A stretch of 64,000 nucleotides of DNA from Ascidiella aspersa (Eukaryota): contig OZ004607.1 of the NCBI GenBank assembly GCA_963924565.1, forward strand, positions 27,280,001 to 27,344,000, given 5' to 3'. A program made the position numbers and the translations under genes. Under the pieces are notes generated by a model, which saw only the letters and a program-made list of their open reading frames with translations, was not told the origin of the DNA and made no database searches. This document shows positions 13,701-24,645 of this stretch, piece by piece. The stretch's first letter is position 1, and each line of letters begins with the position of its first letter.

Positions 13701-16700
13701 CTAAATCCAATCAAACACAAAATATTTAGGTCTTGATTTTTGAAAGTTTTATATCTGGAAAATGTAAAAAAGATTGGGTAAATAAATTTTTAAAACACCT
13801 TTCCGTTAGTTACCGCGTCGAAAAGATCATTTTCGTACGATTTATTATACTGTCATTTGTTTTGTTACATATGTATTATTTTTTTTTTTTCTGAAAGACG
13901 ATTGATATAATTTACAAATTTGATTAACTTTTTTTGTTTAATTAAACCTTTATTTGACAGCTTTTCTAATTGAGACACTTAGAATGTCAAACAACATCGT
14001 AACATACATGTAAAAGTTGTTCAGTAACGAAAAAGGGTCTCCTGCACTCCAACGGCAACGGGCCGGGCAGAGACAAACTAGTTATGTTTTCGTTTTTAAA
14101 TCTTGGACGTTTTACAGATCTTGCTTCTGAGCTTCGGAAAGCAGGTGGTGCTCACCAATCTGCAGCAGCCAATCAGAATTAACCAGAACAACCAGCCGAA
14201 TCGCTACGGCGAGCTGCCAGACCCTGATAACTCTAGATTGGTACGATATCTCACGAGCTAATCTGTGTTTATTAAGCCCCCTTTGGTATTGATAATGGGG
14301 TCTGGTTGACTGCGTAATGACAAACGGAGTAGCTTTTTAATTTTTGAAACTATTAAAGACATTTAAATGTCAAATATTACGCGATTTGGTTTAAAAAAAA
14401 TGTTCGCAGCTCGTAATTTGTACTTTTTAAAGCGGTTAAATATATTAGGATTTTCTAAAGGGTTTCCGAAACTAAAACTGAAGAGGCACTATTCAATCTG
14501 GTAGCCCATATAAAGGCATTAGTAAGATGCAACGCGCTCAGCCTATATTAAGATGCTATAATTATCCTCTTAAATGTAAAACCCTTTCTCTTCAAACCGA
14601 ATTAGTTTTTATATGTCGCTTTTCATCCCTGCTTTTAGGTGGACCGCACCTTCCTGGAGTGCAAGTACTGGGACGAAACAACCAGTGGTTGGGCGACCGA
14701 GGGCTGTTGCTTGAACCAGACCGACCCGACGAAACCCGTGTGCCAATGCTCGCATTTCACAAACTTTGCCCTCATCGTGGTACGCTGCGACGAACCTACC
14801 TACTTTACTTTATAACTTGGTGCTGTTCTTCCAATTGAGCAGTTCCGCAGAAGTCGGCTTTCTGCCCCGCAACCCTTTTTTATTAAGATTATTTATCACC
14901 TGATTTCGTGGTTTTTGTCACCAAATAATTTAACCGCAGCGAAATGATTTGTTTTTTAGTATAAAATGGAAAAAATCAATCACAGTATTTATTAGGAACG
15001 GCAAGCAAATAGCTGAACGTATTTGAATTTCATATTTTATTGAAACTCAGTACCTTTCGCGCATTTTAAATGGCTCAATGTCTATTAGAACTATTTCGTT
15101 AATTGTTTAATGATAAATCTTACCCGAAATTACTTCCTCTCTCTGTCCATAATAATCTATGGTTCAACCTATGGTTCAACTTAGTTTGGTAAGAATTGCT
15201 TAGAATTAAGCCCAATCAGTTCTTCTGAATTGATAGCTGTTTTGTAATTAAACCAACATCATACTTAATGAAATAAGCTATTGCTGCTAGGCATAATGTA
15301 TAATCGAGTGTTGCTCATCCAGCAGTATATAATAAAATGCTGGATGAGCAACATTCGGTTATCATACTAAATATCACTCAGTTTTATGTGTATGCAACCA
15401 AGAATATGGCATAGCTTTTACATACCTCCTTAATCCGCTTCTTGTGAACTTTCGAAATAGAAACCGAATTCATGTCTTTTCAGGCGAAGGACTCGATTCC
15501 CATCGACGTGGTGCTGGAAACTGTAAGTGACGTGGGATGCATCCTTTCTATCATCAGTCTTGTCATCGTGCTCATCCTACAGCTCTCGTCCAAGTGAGTT
15601 CCTTTGACCATCGATTAATTTACCCAAAGTCTAAAACTGAGGCTCATCGAAAAAGAGTTGCGCAGTTGCGCGTTTGATGAAAGAATAATAACTCTGATGT
15701 ACAGCATTTTAATAAAAAATGGTTAAGATAGTATATCCGCGAAAAATATGAATGGCTGAAGTAAATAATTAAAAATCACTTTGTCGTAATAAACGAGTTT
15801 CATGCTTACTTAGTTGCGCGAATATTGCGCGTTTGATGAAAGATAACTCTGATGCACAGCATTTCAATAAAAAAAATAGTTAAGACTGTATATCCGCAAA
15901 AGTTATCAACTGCTTAAATGAATGATTAAAAATTACTTTCTCGTATAATAAATGATTGTCATGCTTACTAAGGCCAAAGTTTACTGACCCTGAATAAAGT
16001 GTTTAAGGAAGGCCTTTACACTGAATTAAATTTGGAGTAGGCCGTAAAAATGTTCTGTAATTAAACTATAGATTTCCATCCCTCAAAATTATTGCTTAAA
16101 GTTTCAACCGCCCATTTGATATCAATCCAATGCCAGTTGTTTTAGCAAAAATGTTTATCAAACTCAAACCGGTGTTTGAATTTTCCTTCTACAAACACTT
16201 TCGTTCAAATAAAACCATACTTTCTAATAAAAAGTCGCAAAATAAAACATGTCTAAGAATTGTAGTATATGTGTAATACTTGTACCCACAACAAAATCTT
16301 GCCCTCCAACAGAACACATAATGCCGAGTTCTAAAATTTTAATAAAAGCTTTAGAAGGACAACGCTTCGAACGAAATCTTGGAAAGTTTTACACTTTTTA
16401 GACTGATTTGTGTTCTCAAGCCTTTGTCTAAGAATTGTTTCCCTAAAAACATCAAAAAACGCAAGGTAACGGAAGTAAACGTATCCCCCCTATGTTGCCA
16501 GCGAGCGTCGCCGTCTGCGCTCTACGCGCGTATTCGTGAACGTTTGCGCCAACCTGCTCGTCGCCTATCTTATCTTCGTGATCGGCGTTGGTAAAACCGA
16601 AAACGACGCAAGCTGCGTGGCCATCACCGCCATTCTCCAGTACTTCTTCCTCACCACCTGGTTCTGGATGGTCGCGTACGGCTACGACCTTTACCTTAGC

Positions 16701-19700
16701 CTCATTAAGGTAGGTGTCTCGTTTATGTATGATGTTATTGTAACAAAAATGGCATAAAAATGGGTGTTATAAAATCTGGTTTTCTTTTAGTTGTAACTTC
16801 ATTTATTTTTGAAACTGTGACACTTGGGTTGCCAAACAATTTTATTACCAAACACCGTTTTCTCTCAAAAACACGATACAAATTAAATTAAGATATTTTG
16901 AATTATCTGTTTAGTTAAAGTTAAGTCATTTTCATCCAACAGCTTGTCAAGTCCCAACGAAGTTATAAATTGCCTTTAGTGCCAGTCCGCAATATTTAAG
17001 TCCACGTGATTGAAACAAACAATAAATGTTTACGTAATACAATGGTTACTCATTAGATTAAAAGCATTTTTGACATAATCAAGAATAAAAGTTATTTTTG
17101 TCTACAATTTTTTTAAAAAACAAACAAATTTTATCAAAACTTCGTTTACCATCTCAAATTTTGTTTTACATTAAAATACGAAGGACATTGTATGTTTTTT
17201 AAATTCAAAAGTACAGGTCACAGTAAAACGTCAAAAGTCGAATCACATAAAAATATAGTAAGTAGACGAATTAACTATACATACTAGAATAACTACAATA
17301 AATGTGTAACGCGACAAGACGACACATGCTCCACCTCCACGTATAGGTTTTCCGCGACGACGGCAAGATTTTCATGCGTAAACTCTACATCATCTCGTAC
17401 GGAATCCCGCTGCTCATCGTGATCGTGACAATCGCGTCCGCACTCGGATACGACGCAAATAAACTCGTGCCCATCACCTGCGATGGAAGTAAGTTAAAGC
17501 TCGAATTAAATAGTTTTGTTTATCCGATTTGACATGTTGGCGCATTACACGTTAGAGCCGTGTTTCTTAACCTTGTTTCGCGGCTGCCCAAATATTAAGC
17601 GGAAAATCAGTAAAACTGTAGTCACTTGCATTTGAAAATCTGTTGTTTAGATTGATTCTGTTTTGCCAGAAACTTACTTTCCAATACCGCTTTTTTTAAA
17701 TGCAACTTACGGCACTCCCAATAAGTTTCTTAAAAAAGAACTATAACAGGGTCAATATATTTTAACTTGGCGATTCAGCCAAAAATTTGACACCGGAGAG
17801 AAGCCTTCACAAATTGTAGAAAGCAAAAAGTATAGGTTAACGCTTTCATTTTTCCGCTTGCAGACGACCTGCTGCGTCACTCGTCGTACCGCGCCCTGAA
17901 CATGTGCTGGCTGCATGGATACGCCCTCTACTTTGGCTTCCTACTACCGGTCGGTGTCTGTCTCCTTCTCAACTGCTTCTTCTTCGCCATGGTGCTGCGC
18001 AAGGTCGTCTGGAGGCAGACCGAGGTCAGAGTTAGCTGTAGGCCTTTTAACACCCGTGCATTCTTGTTTACAACAGCCAGTTTCGTGATTTGCGCATAAA
18101 AGTGCTTTGACGAAAGCGTGTCCCAATTAATCGATTACTATTTTTTACCCTTTAACCCAGTCCTTAGGCAACATAGGGCCGCCTAGCAATTCGTAAACCA
18201 GGGCCGGTTTGTACACGTTTAGTTGTATCCTAAACTCTCGTTTCGGAAACGTATCTAGTCATGGCCAGACCAATTCGATTTTTAGCCTGTTTAAAATACT
18301 AAAACGACTTGTGACCTTCTTTATATTCGTCTTAAATTGCACATTTTTGCACAACTCCAAACATAATAACAAGTTCGTTAGCTAATTTGTTTTATACCGT
18401 CAGAGTATGACGTCATATTGCGTGTATTTTAGATCCCATTTTTGACCCGGCCCGCCACAACATTTTAAGTTTCTCATGCTGCCCGCGGTTAAAAATAATT
18501 GCCCACCCCTGATTTAAGCTAAAAACAGACACGCCTTAAAAATATTTATTGTCTTGAAAAATTTGGTCTGGCGACTTTGGAATAAGAACAATTTTGCTGT
18601 TTCCCTTTCTAAATAAAAAAAAACTTTGTTATCGGCATAGGGTCCGTATTGCAGTTGTTCGAAAAGATGTGTTCTACAGAAACCCTACTTTACGGCCTGT
18701 TGGATACCAAGCGCTACACGAACTGTCAAATTTTATTAATACTTAGGCGAACTGTAAATATAACCAAAAAATACATAAAACAATAAAAATCGGCCAACGA
18801 AATTGGGCAGAAACGTGAATTGCTAAAGTCTAAAAATGCTGTCCAAGCTTAGCCAAAACCCGACTCCCATATTTTGCTTTCAGTTCCCTAACCACAACAA
18901 CAGGGGAAAAAAGATGTACCAACTTTTTTCAAATACTAAAACTTAATTGGGACAACTAAGCTTTCTGCAACCATTTTCGCGACAGGACCTATAGGGATCG
19001 TTTGAAAAAAAATCACTGGAAGATTAAAATGTTCCAATAAAAAACATGATAATTGTTAAAAAAATGTGTAAATGCCGACTGTAACTAAATATTATGTGCC
19101 AGCAGAAAACGTAATAAGATAATAATAAAACGTTTACGAAATATAAAAACAATACCACAAAAACAAAACGATAAAATAATGCGTGTAACAGATACACACC
19201 AACCTGCGTTACATCGTCTAACATGCTCCGTTATACAATCTAACGCAGCGGTTCCCAAACTTTTCTAAGAAATTTGCCTAGTGGACCCGTTGGAAATGTT
19301 TTGATATTTCGCGGCCCTAAAAAATTCAAGGGTCAGTTGACCCATGTTTCATGAAGTATACTAGCGCAGTCACGATTCTTTCTAATGTAACAACTTTCTA
19401 ACTAACGCGAACGATTCGCTGAATGCAGGTAGTACAGCATAACAGATGCTCTGTGTTGTCACAACACGCCATACGATCTAATAATAAAGCATAACTAAAG
19501 ACAACAATAATGACAGATATTAATGTTTAAAACATAGGTAGACTAATGTTTCAAAACATTCGCTAAAGCCTAATGTTGAAAAACTTAAAAGATGAATTCT
19601 CCTCGCGGACCCTGTGAAACGGCTGTACGGACCCCAGTTTGGAAACCGCTGAACGTCTAACGTTTTTAGCTTTTTTACCAAACTCTTTCACTTTTCAATT

Positions 19701-21115
19701 GCCGCAGATTATCTCAAACGCCTCGCAGAAGTCGGCTAAACAGAAACTTGAAATATCGGTGACCCTCTTCAGCACAATGGGCCTGTCCTGGATCTTCGGC
19801 TATCTGCTGCTCGCCTCCAACGACCCTTACTACGTGCGCGTCATGAGCTGGTTCTTTGCCATTTTTGCCGTAACTCAGGTTCGTGCAGAACGATCTTTTT
19901 ATTGAACGTTTTTATATTTTACACTCGTCGCTTAACCCCAATATGCCACAACAGTGGTTGTTAGCCGCCAGTCCGCTATACGTTTCGTCGGAAGGGCAAA
20001 GCGTTTTCTTTATTTTGAAGGTTGGCAAATTATATTTTTTGCCATCTTCAGCTGCGTAAATGCGAAAATAATTTTTACTTGCTATATTGTAGTGTGCTAG
20101 TCCTGTTTCACAGAAAAGCGCCGTGGGTAGTTCATCAAAATTCGACTTTAGAATGACACAATGAAAGATCTACATACATGTGATCTAGCCCCTCTGACGC
20201 TGTTTTTGACCAACGATTACGGCTTCCGTATCATACAGTACACCGAAAAGCCATCGCAGACTAATCGAATCAATGATGCAAGCCAGGCAGGCTAGAAAAC
20301 AACTAGCCTGCAGTGAGGTTCGAAATCACGACCTCCGGTCATACCGGGACCCTCGAAACATACTGAAACATAGGCTTAAGATGGGAACGAGTCGAGACCA
20401 GACCACACGCCAATGCTTTCACAGGATTCACAGAATGTAGCGTTGTCGTATGATTGTGCTTTTATAGACGCAGTGAATTTATTTTAAAATTTTATTTGTT
20501 TATATATTCGCCATACTGTTAGATTCGAGAATACTAAAATATCGTTAAATCATTCTGATGTAAACTTGTTGCGCGCTGTAATAATATAGATATTATTCGT
20601 CATTGCAGCTTAATTGTTTTTATCAAACTACTTGGATATAGTGCGAACTGTTACCAATGTTAGCTTAAAAAATTTAACACGATGTTTTCCCTAAGGTGAT
20701 AATTGGGTACTCTCGTTGTACTCTCATCTTTCTAATGCCCGGGTTTCGTCGCATAGTTATCGGTTAGTTTAGGTTTAAATCTTCCACAATGGCCATATCG
20801 TACATCACGCGCCAATTCGATTTCACCCATCCTACACCGTAGTATATTTTACATTGTAATCTGCCCAACCACCTCCCTTGCTTTGTGGCTAGGATAACCG
20901 AACTGTTTGATTTCACACCGCAGGGAATTCTCATCCTGGTAATGACTTCGGTGCGCCACCGTGCGGTAAGGGAAAAGATCAGCAGCAACATCCGCCGCGT
21001 CCGCTCAAACATCTTCAGTCGCTCCGACGCCTACGACATGTCTTCCTCTGATCCACAGCATGTCCAAGTCCAGGAAGCTACCAGTCCCAGTAGTCCAAGG
21101 TCCTTTATCGAATAG
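1..21115 (+). CDS. Adhesion GPCR (ADGRG-like 7TM), 5'-incomplete: >=39 EGF-CA + SEA + 2 EGF + HRM + GAIN/GPS + 7TM, >=~2400 aa
   Basis: Phase-consistent GT-AG splicing of 38 array exons (1-95 partial, then 120 bp each from 182 to 7594-7713), then 7846-7965, 8146-8317, 8699-8814, 9129-9245, 9810-9926, 10349-10438, 10739-10854, 11384-11533, 12129-12326, 13451-13672, 14118-14240, 14639-14779, 15484-15593, 16502-16709, 17347-17488, 17864-18024, 19708-19878, 20924-21115 (TAG). GPS motif [16 protein letters not shown]...[13 protein letters not shown] is followed by seven hydrophobic segments with family-B2 motifs ([36 protein letters not shown]). Confidence 0.93.
7846..7965 (+). CDS. Diverged terminal EGF-CA exon of the aGPCR
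   Basis: AG|ATGTTGACGAATGT...TGTTCAA|GTTAG, 120 bp, phase 1/1; [40 protein letters not shown]. Confidence 0.88.
8146..8814 (+). CDS. SEA-like domain exons of the aGPCR (8146-8317, 8699-8814)
   Basis: [32 protein letters not shown]...[19 protein letters not shown] matches the SEA pattern, including the FxxGS(V/L)V motif. Confidence 0.75.
9129..9926 (+). CDS. Two non-repetitive EGF exons of the aGPCR (9129-9245, 9810-9926)
   Basis: [35 protein letters not shown] and [38 protein letters not shown]; six-Cys spacing, phase 1/1. Confidence 0.9.
10349..10854 (+). CDS. Hormone-receptor-motif (HRM)-like exons of the aGPCR (10349-10438, 10739-10854)
   Basis: [38 protein letters not shown]...VVGC; four-Cys HRM-like pattern directly before GAIN. 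Confidence 0.65.
11384..14779 (+). CDS. GAIN domain exons including the GPS (14639-14779)
   Basis: Helical subdomain A ([12 protein letters not shown]...[12 protein letters not shown]), then [18 protein letters not shown] and the GPS ending H-F|T-N-F-A-L-I-V. All junctions are phase 0. Confidence 0.9.
15300..15362 (+). other. Intronic 25-bp stem hairpin (pre-miRNA-sized)
   Basis: ATAATCGAGTGTTGCTCATCCAGCA - 13-nt loop - TGCTGGATGAGCAACATTCGGTTAT; fully paired on the + strand with two G:U pairs. Confidence 0.6.
15484..21115 (+). CDS. 7TM and cytoplasmic-tail exons of the aGPCR
   Basis: Exons 15484-15593, 16502-16709, 17347-17488, 17864-18024, 19708-19878, 20924-21115 encode TM1-TM7 and a Ser/Thr-rich tail. 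Confidence 0.92.
15657..15969. repeat. Degenerate ~155-bp direct tandem duplication in an aGPCR intron
   Basis: GTTGCGC...TTGCGCGTTTGATGAAAGA...TCATGCTTACT at ~15657-15810 and ~15813-15969. Confidence 0.8.
18920..19060 (+). repeat. ~140-bp dispersed repeat, copy 1 (aGPCR intron)
   Basis: Near-identical to 22596-22735 (CAACTTTTT...AATTGGGACAACTAAGCTTTCTGCAAC...AAAAAACATGATAAT). Confidence 0.85.
19246..19651. mobile_element. hAT/Charlie-like MITE
   Basis: Terminal inverted repeats CAGCGGTTCCCAAACT / AGTTTGGAAACCGCTG, with subterminal GGACCC motifs. Confidence 0.8.
20150..20415 (-). mobile_element. Possible tRNA-derived SINE relic
   Basis: On the minus strand: A-box-like TGGCGTGTGGTC (~20412), T-arm/B-box-like GAGGTCGTGATTTCGAACCTC (~20335-20315), then AAGCCGTAATCGTTGGTC. 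Boundaries are approximate. Confidence 0.35.
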
Positions 21116-21947
21116 GGTGAAGTTGTGTTGAGGACTTTTGATTTCAATGACTGCAAATACTTTTTTCAATGACTGCAAATACGGCAGCAGTGGAAAAATG
21201 TTATGCGTCGACGCAAAACAAAACATTTTTTGCGCGCAATAAGTACCAAGAGGCCCCAAAATACTGAGAGCTTTTCGATATAAAAATATATAAAAAAAAA
21301 AAGTATCTTTAAATTTTGATCTAAAGCAATTTTTCGTAGTGTCATACCTGATTTTAATGTGACGTCATAGCTGAAAGAATCAGTGACAACCAGAAAATGC
21401 GCTGCTATTATAATATTTCAGACGCCGTCTGCCTCTTTGGTGCGCACGTCCTGTATGTAGGTCATTGTCACACTTACTGTACACGTGTACGTCACATGTA
21501 GTAAAATGGAAAAATAGGTGCCTGCAGTGTGCAATTGTCAATTTTTGAGTATAGATTTTAACAACGCTAGTTGAACCTTATTATGACGCAGCGTTGTGTG
21601 TGTAGCACCCAGCTTTAGTTCGTAACACACCACATTTTCACAGCTGTTACCCATTAACAAAGTTGGAAATATTTTCTGTGTTATTTCGAACACCTTGCAA
21701 TTGGCATTTCTTCATCCTTTCAATGCAGTAAAACCACGATTATGTTCGTTTGCACAAGTCGTACTATTAGGTCCCACGCTTTTTGCACTTGTAGATTGTG
21801 TTAGTTTTTTTCTTATCGTCACTGTTCCACTAAATATTTCAGGTTCGGTATTGCTCGTTTACGGTTAAAGTATACAGAGTTCAATCACTTGAATGCCTTT
21901 CGTTGTATGTCTTGTGCCCTTTTTGACATGCCTTAATATTTTACCGC

Positions 21948-21953
21948 AATAAA
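21948..21953 (+). terminator. Putative polyadenylation signal of the aGPCR
   Basis: AATAAA ~830 nt after the stop codon, followed by a T-rich tract. Confidence 0.45.
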
Positions 21954-22595
21954 CCAGATTTCTCAAAATGTTGTTAACCCCGGCCGGAAACATGGTTGTT
22001 TTTTTATTTTTGTAGTCGGAAAAAAACAAAATTAAACTAACTATGTCACATTTTTTGTATAGAGTTATAGACAGTAGTTGTCAAAGGGACCCACTTTGGC
22101 TTATTTTAATTTTGGGAGGAAAAACGAATTAAAAAAGAAGGCATGAAAAGCTTATCTAACTGTAATGATTAGTAGTGTAAAAAGTCTATTAGGTATAATC
22201 TAAGTCGGTTGTTTCTTCAGTTACATATTAGTTTATTATTGCTTCACAGTTACAGCCATTTAAAACATATTCACCAATGTAGGCATTTTTACATAGGTGT
22301 AAAATTATTACCTATGTCACACGTTCAAACAAACTCAACTTTCTGAAGATTAGCGCATCCAAATTTTTGTAACAAGTCTTGGCTTTTGGCGCAGATGTAT
22401 CTATTGCAGTTTTGCATATTTTTTTTATTTTGTCGACACTTTTCTGTAGGTTTGGTTTTCTGTCAGCAGGGTACATCGAAGTAATAATATAATAATAGTT
22501 AGAATACTTTCGTGTTTTTTTCTTGGGAGAATTTGAATTGTTTGGGCTGGTAAGAGAGGAATATAAAAAAAACTTTGAGAACCACTGGTATAGAT

Positions 22596-22735
22596 CAACT
22601 TTTTTTAAATACTAAAACCTAATTGGGACAACTAAGCTTTCTGCAACTATTTTCGCGAAAGGACCTATGGGAATCGTTTGAAAAAATCACTGAAAGATTA
22701 AAATGTTTCAATAAAAAACATGATAATTTGTTAAA
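22596..22735 (+). repeat. ~140-bp dispersed repeat, copy 2 (CFAP90 upstream region)
   Basis: Near-identical to 18920-19060; lies next to a MITE right end TTTGAGAACCACTG (22574-22587). Confidence 0.85.
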
Positions 22736-22893
22736 TTGCAGGAAACTACCTGTAATTCAATAGCTTTTTCTGCTGAAACCACAGTAACCAGGTTAAAACA
22801 AACGCTGTCTGGTGACGTCACTATCGCAGTCAAACTGCAGACAGAATAAAGTGAACAAAAATAAAGGCAAATTATCAGCAATAAACGCAGAAA

Positions 22894-23337
22894 ATGGAGT
22901 CGCAGGAACATTTTACGCCAGAGCAAAGGAAGCTACAGTGGTGCGAGTACGTGCGGAGGGAGAGGCGCATGAGTAACAAGACCTACGAAGCGCTGGAGAC
23001 GCCGCACGGCAGCTGGCTTGCGCCTGATAAAATGAAGCAGGAAATCACCTACTTCAACAACAACAAAAAGCACCCCAAGTACTCCGAGTACGAGCGACTG
23101 TTTCATCTGAACCACCACTACGAGAAAAAGCTGCACAGAGACGACAGGGCCAATAGAATCGGCCTCGATGTTCACAACGAAGAAAAAAACAAAGCCGTTC
23201 CAATCCTGTCCTCGTCTGAATATGGTTCCCGTCCGCCGCTGGAACAAACTACCCGGGCCCATGTTATCATCGAAAGCGTGAACAAAGGTTTTTACAGGTC
23301 CAGGGGAACGAACATTCCGAGCAGCTTGGATGGCTAA
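22894..23337 (+). CDS. CFAP90: Cilia/flagella-associated protein 90 (C5orf49 family), single coding exon, 147 aa
   Basis: YERLFHLNHHYEKKLHRDDRANRIGLDVHNEEKNKAVPILSSSEYGSR...FYR matches the recalled C5orf49 core ([24 protein letters not shown]...VLTSSVYGKR...DFYR). Good ATG context AAAATGG. Confidence 0.85.
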   Translation: MESQEHFTPEQRKLQWCEYVRRERRMSNKTYEALETPHGSWLAPDKMKQEITYFNNNKKHPKYSEYERLFHLNHHYEKKLHRDDRANRIGLDVHNEEKNKAVPILSSSEYGSRPPLEQTTRAHVIIESVNKGFYRSRGTNIPSSLDG

Positions 23338-24008
23338 AGTTTGGTTTGCTTTTTGTACTTTTGAAAATACAACATTAACATTGTTACGCTGTGTAGCCTA
23401 CTTAACTGTCATGATGAATTTTTACGAGACGTAGGCTGCATATGAAATGGAAATAGTTAAATAATATTTTGTTAACCGAGCTACACGTTTTCTAATCATT
23501 ATTTTTTTTTAAATGCGGTTCTGTGAAATGCATTTATTGAGATATAGTTGACTGTTTGACGTAACTAAAGTTATACTTGTAGAATTTAGTCCACGAGGGT
23601 TCTGTCTTAGTTTTCATAAATTAAAGTTTTCTAAAAAAAAATAACCGGTTAATTTATAGCAACTTTTATTTAGTTTTGACAATACTATCCCACTTTAAAT
23701 TACAAACAGTGAGAAATTTTTAATATCCCACTTAAAATTACAAATGTTGTGAGACCCAAGTAAAGTCAAGTAAATTTTTGGCGACAAAGTGAGTTCCAAT
23801 CATTTTTCGTATCAATAATTCCTTTAAAAAAAATAGGAAAAACACCCAAATATTCATGGTGTAAATCAGCCAAACAAATTTGTTACCTTTTTGTGTCTTG
23901 TTTTCTGTTTCTTTTGTTAGTATAATTATATCAAATAGAAAGTCAAATTTTTTTTTAAATGAAAGTACATTGGAATTAGCCTATATATTACTGTTGATTC
24001 GATGAGAC

Positions 24009-24614
24009 CAGTGTTTCCCAACCTCTCTGTGGACGTAAAAGAGTTACATGGGCATTGACGATCTTTTCGTATTATGTAAAACACGCCACAGTTACATTTC
24101 TTGGTCTACAAAACTCGTTAGCCTACAAACATTATTACAAAATGTTTTGCTTAAGCTTGTATATCTGGAAAGAGACCAAGTGCGTTGTTTCCTCGCAAGG
24201 TATTTTGTTAACTGTCAAAGCCACATATAACCTAGAGTCCTAGAGTCACACATCACAAATCGGCGACACTTGAATAAGTTAAACTGCAGCGACCACTATA
24301 CAAAAAAAACAACATGTGGCTTACGGCCCACGGTTGTCTACGCCTGTAGCCCTGACATTTAGTTAAAATTATGTATGCACATAAATTGATATGGTACAGT
24401 ATAAGTATTTATTTGCGTCTAAATTTTAACTCACCTTGTTTCGTTGAATATATAGTTAATACCCGATATAATCATAATCCAGGCTAAATTAATGGCCATG
24501 CTTTTATTAAGCATCTTAAATCCATCTCCGGATTCGTTGTAACATGAGGGGCGTTACAAGAATCTCAGTAGCATAAGGGGCGCTAGTACAAACACGGTAG
24601 GTTGGAAAACACTG
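24009..24614. mobile_element. hAT/Charlie-like MITE
   Basis: TIRs CAGTGTTTCCCAACCT / AGGTTGGAAAACACTG; degenerate 8-bp flanks GATGAGAC / AATAAAAC. Confidence 0.7.
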
Positions 24615-24645
24615 AATAAAACAATTAATTAGAAGCTACTATAAC

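Noticed and set aside
21115-22894. Operon-style linkage of the aGPCR and CFAP90
   Set aside because: Same strand, but ~0.9 kb of repeat-containing spacer follows the poly(A) signal and separate promoter-like motifs are present; no abutting poly(A)/acceptor junction.
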